Assembly: GCF_006345805.1 (NCBI RefSeq)
Contig: NC_043010.1
Coordinates: forward strand, 43,214,001 to 43,278,000
DNA length: 64,000 nucleotides
Origin: Octopus sinensis
Lineage: Eukaryota
Direction: 5' to 3'
In this document: piece by piece, positions 39,388-51,974 of the stretch
How the letters are laid out: every line of letters starts with the position of its first letter
Position numbering within the stretch: position 1 is the stretch's first letter
Notes under the pieces: model-generated
Databases searched by the model: none
What the model was told of the DNA's origin: nothing
What the model saw: the letters and a program-made list of their open reading frames with translations, nothing else
Position numbers and translations under genes: made by a program

Positions 39388-39595
39388 TTGGAGTGTGCCC
39401 AAGCTGGAGCCGTGAAGGGTTAAATGTCAATTCCATTTCATTTACTGTATCAGATTAATGGAGTGTGCCCAAGCTGGAGCCGTGAAGGGTTAAATGTCAA
39501 TCCCATTTCATTTACTGTATCAGATTAATGGAGTGTGCCTAAGCTGGAGCCGTGAAGGGTTAAATATCAATCCCATTTCATTTACTGTATCAGAT
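39388..39595. repeat. Tandem repeat, 3 x 70 bp, nearly identical units
   Basis: ggagtgtgcc starts at 39390, 39460 and 39530, and the units differ by only 1-2 nt. Confidence 0.95.
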
Positions 39596-39931
39596 GATTC
39601 ACGGAGCGGATATAGACTATTCCAATTCATAAAGTTCGGTAAAGGGATCAGTTTTCATTATAACAATTTTGTTAATAAGAAAAGATGGAGCTTTTCGGTT
39701 TGAACGGCAGTTTTTAACATAATTTCTAGGTAACTAAAAAGTTTAAAACTTCGTATACTGGTAGAATGTGTTTACAAAACATCTTGGATCTTTTTCTCTT
39801 GGCTTTATTGAGAAAATTCTATAGTTTGAAAGATATTTGTTGTTTTTTTTTTCTGCAATTTCAACCAATTAATTACGTCCATTGAGGTAAAAAAAAACAT
39901 TCTGTGCCGTATGAATATGTCCCTCGTTTAA

Positions 39932-40580
39932 GAAACAGATTGGGTTTATTTACATTTGTGAAGAAAAAAGATACCCCTAACCCTAAAAGAGATTGAAATG
40001 CAGGAGTGGCTGTGTGGTAGGTAGCTTGCTAACCAACCACATGGTTCCGGGTTCAGTCCCACTGCGTGGTATCTTGGGCAAGTGTCTTCTGCTATAGCCC
40101 CGGGCCGACCAATGCCTTGTGAGTTGATTTGGTAGACGGAAATGAAAGAAGCCTGTCGTATATATGTATATATATGTATGTGTGTGTATGTGTCTGTGTT
40201 TGTCCCCCTAGCGTTGCTTGACAACCGATGCTGGTGTGTTTACGTCCCCGTTACTTAGCGGTTCGGCAAAAAAAACCGATAGAATAAGTACTGGGCTTAC
40301 AAAGGATAAGTCCCGGGGTCGATTTGCTCGACTAAAGGCAGTGCTCCAGTATGGCCGCAGTCAAATGACTGAAACAAGTGAAAGAGATCGATACTAGGGT
40401 CATAATTATGGGTGATAATTTCATATGACACCGCTAGAAAAAACTAGCATTTTCTCTAGCGGTGTCATATGAAATTGTCACCCCTAATTATAACGCTAGT
40501 ATCGATCTATTGCATTTCAATCTGTTTTTGGGTTAGGGTATCTTTTTTCTTCGCAAATGTAAATAAACCCAATCTGTTTC
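39932..40580. mobile_element. Fully palindromic MITE, family G, flanked by TTAA, with a SINE B inserted in the left arm
   Basis: TTAA|GAAACAGATTGGGTTTATTTACATTT ... AAATGTAAATAAACCCAATCTGTTTC|TTAA. The arms pair up to a ~20-nt centre near 40445. Confidence 0.85.
40000..40386 (+). mobile_element. SINE family B, full length
   Basis: tRNA-like head (gtggctgtgtggt...ggttcagtccc), core cttgggcaagtg, TA/TG spacer and tail atggccgcagtcaaatgactgaaac. Confidence 0.9.
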
Positions 40581-40859
40581 TTAAAGGGTATCACTAATTT
40601 ACATCCACATTACAAGGGAGGCAACTGTGTTATATATAACTGACCACACCAATAAAACACATTTCTGAATATTTATAAAAATAATGCGATAATTATGATA
40701 TAAAATTAATTAATTATTGTTATTGGTCCCGCAAAGAAAATAACATCATGTTTATTTTAAAATAAAGATTTATAAACTTCTTTCATTTTCCGATTAGTTT
40801 TACAATCTGTTGTATGAAAAAGTTTTTAAGAAAGTATAGGACGGTCTTAATGATAAATA

Positions 40860-41040
40860 ATTATTTCTACTCTAGGCGTATGGCTCAGGTGAAATTTTTG
40901 GGGAAGAGGACTAGTCGATTATATCGACCTCAGTATGTAAGTGGTACTTATTTAATCGATCCTGAGAAGATGAAAGCCAAAGTCGACCTCGGCGGAATTT
41001 GAACTCAGAACGGAATACTGCTAAGCATTCCTTCCACGCC
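40860..41040 (-). mobile_element. SINE family A
   Basis: gatgaaagccaaagtcgacctcggcggaatttgaactcagaac. Confidence 0.85.
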
Positions 41041-41641
41041 GGTGTGGGGGGAATTCGAGAAAAAAGGATCTCTTCTTTTTGATCAATATTTTTTAGATTC
41101 ATTTTATTTTCCCTTTTAGTAATAGAATTTTAAATTTTTTATAAGATCCCATATATTATGCTGAGAGAAATAAATTCCTAAAGACGGTGTTGAATATGGC
41201 TTCACTATGAAAAAAAAGTTACGGGTGATTTAGCTGTTGTTTTCACCACATCCCCACCGTTGGGATCATTAAAAAAAACTTTTTTCTATTATTCAAACGA
41301 AAAATAAATGAATCTAAAAATTTTTTCTGGATCTTTTCGTTTTGATGGACGGAATTTTCTAGTTAACTAAACAATTTGAAACTTCGTATACTGGTAGAAT
41401 GTGTCAAAAGAAAACATTATTGCGAACAAAATTGAAAACAAAATTGTAATTTGTAAATTTAACGTAGTTTAATTCTTCGAATTTTAACCAATGAAATCCC
41501 AGCATTTGAGCTCAATTCATTTGCTGCGTCTAAGTAAACAGCACACGCGCACACGTACGTTTAAGAAACAGATTGGGTTTATTTACATTTGTGAAGAAAA
41601 AAGTTACCCCTAACCCGAAAAGAGATTGAAATGCAATAGAT

Positions 41642-42021
41642 AGGCGCAGGAGTGGCTGTGTGGTAAGTAGCTTGCTAACCAACCACATGGTTCCGGGTTC
41701 AGTCCCACTGCGTGGCATCTTGGGCAAGTGTCTTCTGCTATAGCCTCGGGCCGACCAAAGCCTTGTGAGTGGATTTGATAGACGGAAACTGAAAAGAAGC
41801 CTGTCGTATATATGTATATATATGTATGTGTGTGTATATGTTTATGTGTCTGTGTTTGTCCATCTAGCATTGCTTGACAACCGATGCTGGTGTGTTTATG
41901 TCCCCGTTACTTAGCGGTTTGGCAAAGGAACCGATAGAATAAGTACTGGGCTTACAAAGAATAAGTCCCGGGGTCGATTTGCTCGACTAAAAGGCGGTGC
42001 TCCAGCATGGCCGCAGTCAAA
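41642..42021 (+). mobile_element. SINE family B, directly after family F and family G left arms (41328-41641)
   Basis: Very similar to 40000-40386 and preceded by TTAA|GAAACAGATTGGG at 41561. Confidence 0.9.
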
Positions 42022-42377
42022 TATACTAATAATTCTATTTACAAACATAACCCACCCCTCCCTGGTTTGGGGTATGGAACCACAATATTACGACTGTAAC
42101 CTTTGACAGAAGATGAATGAATTGATTAAAATACATTTAATGTTGAGAAAAGGCGAGTAGAAAGCACGAAGTAGTGTAAACTATTTCTCGTGAAACTTCA
42201 ACTTGGATTGGAATCTAAAATTTTTTTTTCTTTACTTTTATATCAGAGCTGATGAGGTTTAGGAGAATTTTGGCCGCTTTCTGATTTTTATCTAATGTAC
42301 TTGCCAATATAACAATTATGTAACATATACACATGAACATATTATTCTTTAAAAGAATAATATTGACAGTGACTTCA

Positions 42378-42510
42378 AAGTGTTGATGTTTCTCCATGTT
42401 GTTGCTGGTGTAGTCTGTCGTTGGAACTGGCTGTGTGCTCTGTGGTCAGTGATTAGACCTTAGATGGTCTAGGATCAAAGATGAAATACGGTTTGTTGTG
42501 ACTAGCTTTT
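42378..42510 (-). mobile_element. Fragment of the same LTR family as 45244-46127
   Basis: gttgctggtgt...ggaactggct(g/a)tgtgctctgtggtcagtg...aaagatgaaatac matches 45826-45940. Confidence 0.75.
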
Positions 42511-42639
42511 ATAGGGACTAGGAGGCTCCAACAGAGAATTTAGAAGACTATTTTATAACACATTTTCCCTTAACCCTTTAAATCCAAACCTGACTTTGTC
42601 TGGTACCCTATAAACATTAATTAGTATTCATAATGATGG

Positions 42640-43200
42640 GAGTGAATAAACGGATTTGATCTTTAATGCAAAAAAAAAAAAAAAAAGAACCCAAACAATA
42701 ACTAAAAAAGGAAAAAAATACAGACAAATGCCATTTCAAATAAAATACTGATTTGCAAAATAAAAATGGAATAGCCTTGAAACGAATCAATAGCTTTAAA
42801 TATTTAGGAACTATCATTACATCAGACGGGCAAAACGTCATGGAAATTAAACCATGAACAGGAAAGGCCAAGGTTGTTTTCGTTGGGATCAGTATTGTCA
42901 AATAAAAGTAAAAAAATACCTCTAAGGACATATAGAACCCATCCTTATATATCGCTATGAAACCGGAAACGTAACAAGCAAAAGCTAATTAATTGAAGGG
43001 AGCCTATTTAGATAGCGTGACAAATGTTGAAATCTTTATACGAACAGAAACCACATGAAAATTCTTGTCAACATAAGAAGGAAGGTACAGGTTAAGTTCA
43101 TGTACATCAAATGAAAAGCCAAGGGGTTAAACACATAGTGACAAGTGAAAAATTAAAAAAGAAGCTGTGGATGACAGAAATATTGTAGAAGATACTTGAT
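42640..43200 (+). mobile_element. Old LINE RT C-terminal fragment
   Basis: INSFKYLGTIITSDG...EIK...KAK motif near 42780-42880. Confidence 0.6.
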
Positions 43201-43499
43201 AACTTTATTACTTAACTCCAGAAAGACTGAACCAATAACTTATGTGGGACAAAAGATCTATGATCACCGATGTCTGTAGACATAGCAGGAAAAACGCTTT
43301 CAAAGCTTTTTAATCTAATGGGAGTATCATATAACATGTAACATAGAATTAACATTCGAATGTGATCAAATAATGGAACCAAAATGTCTATGCTGTGTTT
43401 CAATATGATTATTTGTGTGAGCCTCTTTTTGGACCGAGGATCGCTCATATTATACACATTCCATGCAAATGGATTGATAAATGATACGTTATATTATTC

Positions 43500-44610
43500 A
43501 TGACATTTATCCAAAGACGTAAACATTCTGGCAGTATCTCATTTAGCAGAATTTCTCTGACTTGAAAAACAATCTCGGAAATAAATACAAGCGCATTGTC
43601 CATGCAAGTTGAAGAAAAGATTCATTACATTCGAATCGAGTTATAAATTCAAAATTCTCATTTTCTCTCCACAATGATTGACAGAGGTAAAAGAAACACA
43701 AACGGACACTAATGTTAGTATAAAACATGATATCAGTTATGCTGTAATCCAGATTACGGTTAGAGAAAATCTCAACAATAGTTTCTAGGACAATTATGTT
43801 ATTTCTAGGTATAAACACATAGAGTAAGGGCTTGTAATTCTCTATAAACACTGTTATGAATGAATTTCAACTTCATCCCACGGTGAAACAGATCAAGACT
43901 GTTGTTGAACTTTCCATCTGCAAGCCAATGGGAACTTTGACTAAGGTGCTCAAGGGACGATGGAAATATAAATAACAGGATTCTGTTTGGATCATCAAAA
44001 CGACTATCAGGAGTCATGAGTGGCCAATTCTTTGATGATCTTTGGTGGGTGGAGAGATGGCAGTTATTTCTTTATGATGCGTTAACAGGTGGAATATAGG
44101 GTAAAGTATTCAGAACTTCTGCAACAATATCGCAAAGACATTCACCAGAAATTTGATGAGTTTCTCATGTCCTTTTACTAATTTGGATTCCAGAGCCGGG
44201 ATGATCGCAAGAAGTTTCTTTCACAATACTTCGTACGTTTTGCATAATAGGGTAACCAGGAAAATTTCAACTTCATCATGCCAATAGCTTTTAAAATCAG
44301 TGCTTTTGTTTTTGTTGTCATAAATCCCCTTCTATGATAATTACGTTCCCCTCATTTCACTGCATTTGATGTTTTGAACCCCAATAATAACAGTTAGCAA
44401 ATAAATGCAATGATGGAAATAGTATATGTAGTGGTTCATGCAGGTATGGCGTGGATTCGATCCTTGATAGGCAAATTTCACTTAACAGTTCAACAGCACT
44501 TTTCTCACGGTAAAACAATAATTTTCTTGTGAGTGACAACAGTTACATTTGCCAGATGCCTTCGCTAAGCAGAATAATGTTTTTGCCACTTGACCCTTCT
44601 AACATCTTCT
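43500..44610 (-). pseudogene. MULE (Mutator-like) transposase remnant
   Basis: DDPNRILLF...LEHLSQSSHWLADGKF (cf. W-x2-DGTF), PLLYVFIP and CFFYLCQSLWR (cf. CFFHLCQ-x-IWR) match the MULE DDE domain. The frame has many stops and frameshifts. Confidence 0.8.
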
Positions 44611-45243
44611 AAGCCACTAAAAGCTAGAATAGAGATAACAGACCGCCAACGAAATCTATTGCTCTCAACAATATGTCTCTCCTTCTAACTAGTTTGGATA
44701 ATTATAAATACTAAAATACTTGTAGCGGCACAAGTAGTCAGCGCCTTTTTGGAAGAGATCTCGCGGCAGCCATTGCCATCTCCGAGACTGGAGCAAGACC
44801 TCACCTGCATCCATTTACCATGCGCAAGATCACAACGAGACTCGCGATGGCAAAACAGAAACAGATTCATTCTCTCTCTCCGCTTCTTCGCAGCAGCGCT
44901 TGCTGAGCACACTTCACTGGCTGGGCCTATCTGCATGTTGTACCTCCAGAGGCAATATACTCGCACTAATGGAGATACAGCTTGTGATGGTTGCTGAGAG
45001 CAACGCACTTCACCTGTTCTGTGAAACTTGTAAATAAACCGGTTGTAAATTGCGTTTGTACTTAAAGACTTCTTTCTTCGCCTGCCGGAGCCTGAACTAC
45101 ACGAAGAACAAGATATAATGGGAGAAGGCGATATTCTCCCGTTATCGTAAACCTTGCCTTCCATTATACACCGTAGGAAAAAGTTAGTCGGCAAAAAAGA
45201 GATGACGCAGAGGGGACAGCAGGCAAAATCCAGTTAGTGAGAT

Positions 45244-46127
45244 TGTAAAAACGACCGTGCGAAGGAGAGGTGACGAAGAATGGCTCCTTTAATACACCAC
45301 ACGGTCGATTACAATAAATGTGAAAACGAATATGTGTGTGAGTGCTAGAAGGAAAAGAGATGACACAACCGGTAGAATGTTAAGGGATTTTATTTAGGTA
45401 TTAACATGTGTGTGTCTGTGTGTGTGTCATAAGTACATATATAATAATAACAATAATAGACAGGCTGTCATGTATACAAAGTGTATATGTGTGCATTAAA
45501 TACAGAGCATAGAAAGAGTCTATAATAGGACGCTAGAAGAATGTTCAGACACAAGGATGAATAAATACCAGTTCGTAGTAAGGTACACAGTAGTTGAAGT
45601 GCTATAACAAGAAGTTGTGGCGAAGAAGCAGAGCCGGTTGAAGCACATGTGCGAGAAGTTGTGACTACTATGCTGTTGTCATTCACTTGATACAGAAAGT
45701 TCTCGCAGGTTGTACTTGCTGTTAACCATAGTGAAGTAATTCACGAACAGTGTTGAGATAAAACCTGGGTGTACGTAGAGATATGTTGTTGACATTAAGA
45801 CGGAGGTCCTGTATGCTGCCGGACGAAGTGTTGATGTTTCCCCATGTGGTTGCTGGTGTTGTCGGTGGAACTGGCTATGTGCTCTGTGGTCAGTGGTTAG
45901 ACATTAGAAGGTCTAGAACCAAAGATGAAATACAGTGTTGGCTTTTTTATACCATTCTATCGGCGCAACTGATGTTTAGAAAAGACTGTCTCACGCGACC
46001 TTATCAGAAGGCTGCAATTGGTTGGGTTGCACATTGGCGCGTAACAGAGCAAGAGACAAACTGCACCAATACCAACCAATCAGAGTAGTGGGTCCAATCG
46101 GCCGAAGGCTAGCTGTTACCTTCTACG
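45244..46127 (-). mobile_element. Solo LTR, same family as 12806-13800
   Basis: Collinear at both ends with the 12806 copy, with TATAAAA near 45945 on the minus strand. Termini are CGTAG...TTACA, and no TSD is visible. Confidence 0.7.
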
Positions 46128-46613
46128 TCCGTACGTATGTAAATATATATAACAGAGAGAGTTCGCTACAAGATAATTCAACTGAGAGGAGGCTTACAGT
46201 GAGAATGTCAACTATGATACAGTGTCTTATCACAACACCACAACTGTTTAAATATCAGGCACAATGGAGGTAACATTTTATCGACTTCCTACACTTAACA
46301 TTCACTCTATCTTCCTCTAATTCCTAGTTATGCAGCTAGCAGTTTGGCCAAACATAAACAGCAACAACATACAAGAAAAGATAACTAATGTTTTTATATG
46401 ATACACATACCTGCCCGTCGTGGTATGGCATATATTAAAGTAACGGTAAATAAATATTTCTTTACAACTTCAATTACTGCTCTTCTTCCATCTTGCACAC
46501 TGGCAACCAAACACCTTAACAACAACCGTTACAACTGGTGACTCTCCACTGCAACGAAGAACAAACCGTTACATATGCATGTATATAACCTTAAGTGGGT
46601 CATTTTAATTATC

Positions 46614-49600
46614 GGATCTTTTCCTTTTGAACAGCAGACAATTTCTAGTTAACTAAACACTTTAAACTGGAGAGGACACTTCAATGCTGCTGTAAAAAGC
46701 TGCAGAAACAACACGGGAGGTAACAGTCACGAGTGATAAGTCCATTCAGATTGGCGTAAAATATGGGCGCTACGGGTTACCTCTGACGGTGGGAGGGACT
46801 TCCGTGTCCTATTGGTTAGCTACTGCCCACCTCAAGCTGGGCAGCCCCCAGTTAATAAGGTGCTGACCGGCCACAAGCCGCCTGCTCCATTGGGTGCTTG
46901 GAGCAAAGAGTACGACTCGAAAAGCGGCCTGCAACCTCTGCACCAGGCAAGCAACTAAAAGTCAAGAAAACACCAGTTCTGCGGTTGGCAAGCTGGAATG
47001 TCAGGACCATGTGTCCTGGAATATCTGATGTGCTTCTCAAGATTGAAGACACAAGGAAAACGGCCATCATTGACCGTGAACTAAAGAGGCTCAACATAGA
47101 TATTGATGGGCTGCAGGAGACAAGACTTCCCTCAAACGGCAAACTCAAAGAGCAGGACTTCACCTTCTTTTGGCAGGGAAGAGATCCAGAAGAACCTCGT
47201 CAACATGGCGTTGGCTTTGCAGTGAGAAACTCACTACTCTCCTCAATAGAACCACCATCGGGAGGCACTGAGCGTATCCTCTCACTGCGCCTCTCGACTT
47301 CTTCTGGCTCAGTACATCTACTCAGCATCTATGCTCCCACTCTCTACAGCTCAGAGGAGACCAAGGACCAGTTCTACAAAGATCTCAACTGTGTCATAGA
47401 AAATATACCAACGACTGAAAATATCTACCTTCTATCAAGGTTGCCCTCAGTAGCTGCCCAACCTCCTCTGCTGAAAGTAGGTGGGACTATATCAGGGAAG
47501 CCTTGTATACGACATCATTGGATACTTTCGGCATGAGAGAAAGGCAAACCCAGATTGGTTCAATGCTGGGCTCTCAGAGCTGGAGCCAGTTATCGAAGCA
47601 AAGCGTGCAGCTCTGGTGCAATACAAGAGTGACTCTTCTACAAAGTCGCTCGAAGAACTCAGAAAGGCACGAAATAAAACCCAACTGACAGCCAGACGCT
47701 GTGCAAATAGGTATTGGCAGGAAATCTGTCAGAGTATCCAGTCAGCTGCTGACAGGGGCGACACCCGTGGGATGTATGCCGGTTTGAAGAAGGCCCTCGG
47801 TCCATCCGCAACCAAGTCAGCCCCTCTGAAATCAACTACTGGAGATCTCATCAGGGATCAAGGCAAGCAAATGGATAGATGGGTGGAGCACTACCAGGAT
47901 CTCTACTCACGGGAGACCACAGTGGCTGAGGCTGCAGTCGAGAGTATCAAGATCTTGCCAGTCATGTGCGAACTTGACAGTCCGCCATCTATAGCAGAGC
48001 TCACCAAGGCTGTTGACTCCCTAGCAAGAAATAAGGCTCCGGGAAAAGACGGCATCCCCTCAGAGATCATCAAAGCCGGCAAAAACACCATCCTGCTTCG
48101 GCACCTTCATGAGCTTCTGTGTCAGTGCTGGGAAGAGGGTACAGTCCCTCAGGATATGCGGGATGCCAACATCATTACGCTTTACAAAAACAAAGGTGAC
48201 CGTGGTGATTGTAACAATTACCGTGGTATATCCCTTCTAAGCACTGTTGGAAAGACCTTTGCCCGCGTTATCCTGGCCAGGCTACAACTACTTGCTTCTC
48301 GAATCTATCCGGAATCGCAGTGTGGCTTTAGAAGAAGCAGATCAACTATCGATATGATATTCTCCATACGCCAACTTCAGGAGAAGTCCAGAGAGCAGAA
48401 AATGCCATTATATATGGCCTTCATTGATCTAACAAAGGCTTTTGACTCGGTAAGCAGAACAGGCCTCTTCCTCCTGTTCCAAAAAATCGGATGTCCACCA
48501 AAGCTGCTGAGGATCATCAAGTCTTTCCATGATGACATACAAGGCACCATACAGCACAACGGTTCAACATCAGCCGCCTTCCAAATAAAAAACGGGGTAA
48601 AGCAAGGCTGTGTCCTAGCTCCTACATTGTTTGGCATCTTCTTCTCACTCTTACTTTCACATGTCTTTCAGACATCAGATGATGGAGTGTTTCTGCACAG
48701 TAGAAGTGACGGGAAACTGTTCAATCTCTCGCGCCTGCGTGCCAAGACCAAAATCAGAAACGTCCTGATCAAGGAGATGTTATTTGCTGATGATGCCGCT
48801 CTGGTAACACACACAGAAGAAGCCCTCCAAAGGCTCATTAACTGTTTTGAGCAAGCATGTAACGACTTTGGCTTAGCTATCAGCCTTAAGAAGACCAACA
48901 TCATGGGCCAGGCTACATCGGACATCCCAAACATACATATTGGAGACCACAGATTACAAGAGGTGGAGAAGTTTACCTATCTACCGTCACCTACAACCTA
49001 TCCCTTGACGCTGAGCTCAATATACGCATTGGCAAGGCAGCTGCTGCGATGGCCCAACTCTCCAAACGGGCTTGGGACAACAATAAGCTGACCAAGACCA
49101 CGAAAATGAAGATCTACCAGGCATGTGTACTCAGCACTCTACTGTATGGAAGCGAGACCTGGACGCTATACACACGCCAAGAGCGTCGCCTAAACATCTT
49201 TCACCTGCGCTGCCTCCGAAAAATCCTCCGCATCAAATGGCAGAATCATACCCCCAACAAAGATGTCCTCAGGCAAGCAGGAATACCAAGCATGTTTGCA
49301 CTCCTCACACAAAGACGTATGAGATGGCTTGGGCATGTTAGCCGTATGAAAGATGGCAGAATCCCCAAGGACATACTCTACGGAGAGCTTTCTAGGGGTA
49401 CTAGGTCTGTGGGTAGACCGATCTTACAGGGATGTTTGCAAAAGGGATATGAAGGCCTGCAACATCAATATTAGCGGTTGGGAGGCAGTTGCCGGCAACC
49501 GTGGAGAATGGCGACGTACAGTAAAAGAGGGAATACAAAAGAGTGACAGAGAGAGAGAGGAGAAATGGAAAGAAAGGAAGAGACGTAAACAAGAGACTAT

Positions 49601-50483
49601 GGCACTACAACCAGCCAGGAACAGTCTTCGCTACATTTGCGGTACCTGCCAGAGGGAGTGTTTGTCCAGGATAGGACTACACAGCCACAGCAGGAAATGT
49701 ATCAGGACATGAAATATAAAAGCCGGACTAGACTACAAAAAAAAAACAAAAAAAAATAACATGCGCAACTCCATTGAGACAGAAAAGATGCCAAGAAAAA
49801 CACTTTAAAACTCCGTATACTGGTAGAATGTGTCAAAATAAAACATTTTTTTCTTTTGGCTTTCTTGAGAAAATTGTAATTTGTTTGTTTAACGTAGTTT
49901 AATTTTTCGAATTTTAACCAATTATATGCTCTCTTTTGAGCTAAAATCATTTGCTGCGTCTAAAACTGAGACAACATCCTGTCACTATCCCTCAACCTAA
50001 CCCTAACCCCCAATTTTTTTTCTTAATTGTTAAATTAATTTAATAGTTACGCGTGTAAAAAAAACCCGAAAGCAATGGAAAATGATTTAAACAGTTAACA
50101 AACACAATAATTCTATAATTTTATACACACGCTTTCCGTATACTTTCCATTGCTTTCGGTTTTTTTTACACGCGTAACAATTAAATTAATTTAACAATTA
50201 AGAAAAAAAAATTGGGTTAGGGGGAGGTTTAGGGTTAGTTACAGGATGTTGTCTCAGTTTTAGACGCAGCAAATGATTTTAGTTGAATGGAGGTAATCGA
50301 TTGGTTAAAATTGCCGAAATGCTCGGATTTTCAGACGAAATATCTTACAAACTATAGAATTTTCTCAATAAAGCCAAGAAAAAATGATGTTTTATAAAAC
50401 ACATTCTACCAGTATACGAAGTTTAAAAGTGTTTAGTTAACTAGAAATTGTGTTGACATCTGCCGTTCAAAAGGAAAAGATCC
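46614..50483. mobile_element. Foldback MITE family F with 8-bp TSD TAATTATC, split by an RTE LINE
   Basis: TAATTATC|GGATCTTTTCCTTTTGAAC ... GTTCAAAAGGAAAAGATCC|TAATTATC. The arms in 49800-50483 are long inverted repeats around a ~60-nt centre. Confidence 0.85.
46667..49797 (+). mobile_element. Near-full-length RTE (BovB-like) LINE: APE and RT, with frameshifts and an internal deletion
   Basis: LASWNVRT, LQETRL, IYAPT, YRGISLL, FIDLTKAFDSV, GVKQGCVLAPTLF, LFADD and C-terminal CGTC...GLHSH. The 3' end is gatgccaagaa, and the TSD AAACACTTTAAA lies at 46655-46666 and 49798-49809. Confidence 0.95.
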
Positions 50484-51834
50484 TAATTATCTTCTGTTGC
50501 AGAAAATCGTCGTTGTCAAAGGCAAATCGTAAAAATTGACTTCCATGGACTGGTTAGTTTCGCACGTCTTATAACTATTTAAATCGATGAAAACCACGAC
50601 TTTCATCACGTTGTCAAATTCTGAACGATAAAATTAGATCGCCACTCCGAACATCACATGTCTATTTCTGGCCAATTGGAGATTAGCCACTTTTGACGCA
50701 ATTTCCATTTGGTGCTTTCTATTAAAGAATGCAGCCGTCGTTTGAAGCCTATTTTAGTCAATAAACAGAAACGACATTTGTTTTGTTTCCTGAGTAGTTT
50801 CCTTGTCCGGTTAAATCCGTGTTTGGCAGAAAGACACTCTCACTACTTGTTTGCTTGTCTGTTTATTACAAACTCTTGTCTTTAAGTATGCCATTATTGA
50901 CATTATCAATATTTTCATTGTCACACACGTCTATTTATTTTTAACGCTTTCTAATTTCGACTCCTCAAAATATTTTGAATAACTCATTTTTTTTTTTTTT
51001 ACAATTTAAAAAATTTATTTCTTTGAAAAATATCATAATTTCACTGAAATTGTATCTATTCTTCGATTAGTTTGCTTTCGATCAATTTGTCTTTTGGCCA
51101 AGCTGTTTTCGACCAAGTGACGAAACAAATTATTTCTCGAATTTTTAGCCAGGAATCGAAATCCTAGCCTAGATTTTTCTGCCAGATCCTTTCCATTGTT
51201 TACAATAATGTTTTATTTGACACATTCTACCAGTATACGAAGTTTCAAATTGTTTAGTTAACTAGGAAAATCTGGCCTTCAAAATGAAAAGATCCGTCGG
51301 CATTAGTATTTGGAAATTTATGAGGTTCAACCGTCAAAATGAGATAAGTTCTACTGTTTAAGTCAACATTCTTGTGTTCCATAAGGGTTGACATAGATAA
51401 ACAAATTTACTTCCCATTGTTCTCCGATCTACATCCAGTTTTCCAATACTCATGAATACAAATTCTTTCGTAATATTAGGGGACAGTCATTTTCACTTTC
51501 AGACGCTGAACATCTCTTTATTTCTAGCAAACAATCTCTTCTTAAAATTCGCAACACACACAGTTATTGCCAAATGTACGTAAGCTTCATCATAGTTATT
51601 ATTCCCTTACCACTGTAAAACAACCGACTACCTCAGTCTTTTGTATACTGACCGTAACAGGAGAATAAAATTTGTAAGATATAACTTTCCTCTTTCTGTT
51701 GATTTTTATCATGCATATTACACTATCTCATGAAGATCAAATGATCTAACAGTAATATAATCAAATACATAAATGTTCCATAATACTAAAACAAACATGC
51801 ACACACGTAACACATTTACTCACGCACATACATG

Positions 51835-51974
<140 letters not shown>

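Noticed and set aside
39388-39595. CRISPR-like array
   Set aside because: The units are contiguous with no unique spacers, the context is eukaryotic, and there are no cas genes.
50490-50860. Possible 50-nt exon or transposase fragment next to the F element
   Set aside because: There is no recognisable protein motif in any frame and no supporting neighbouring exons.
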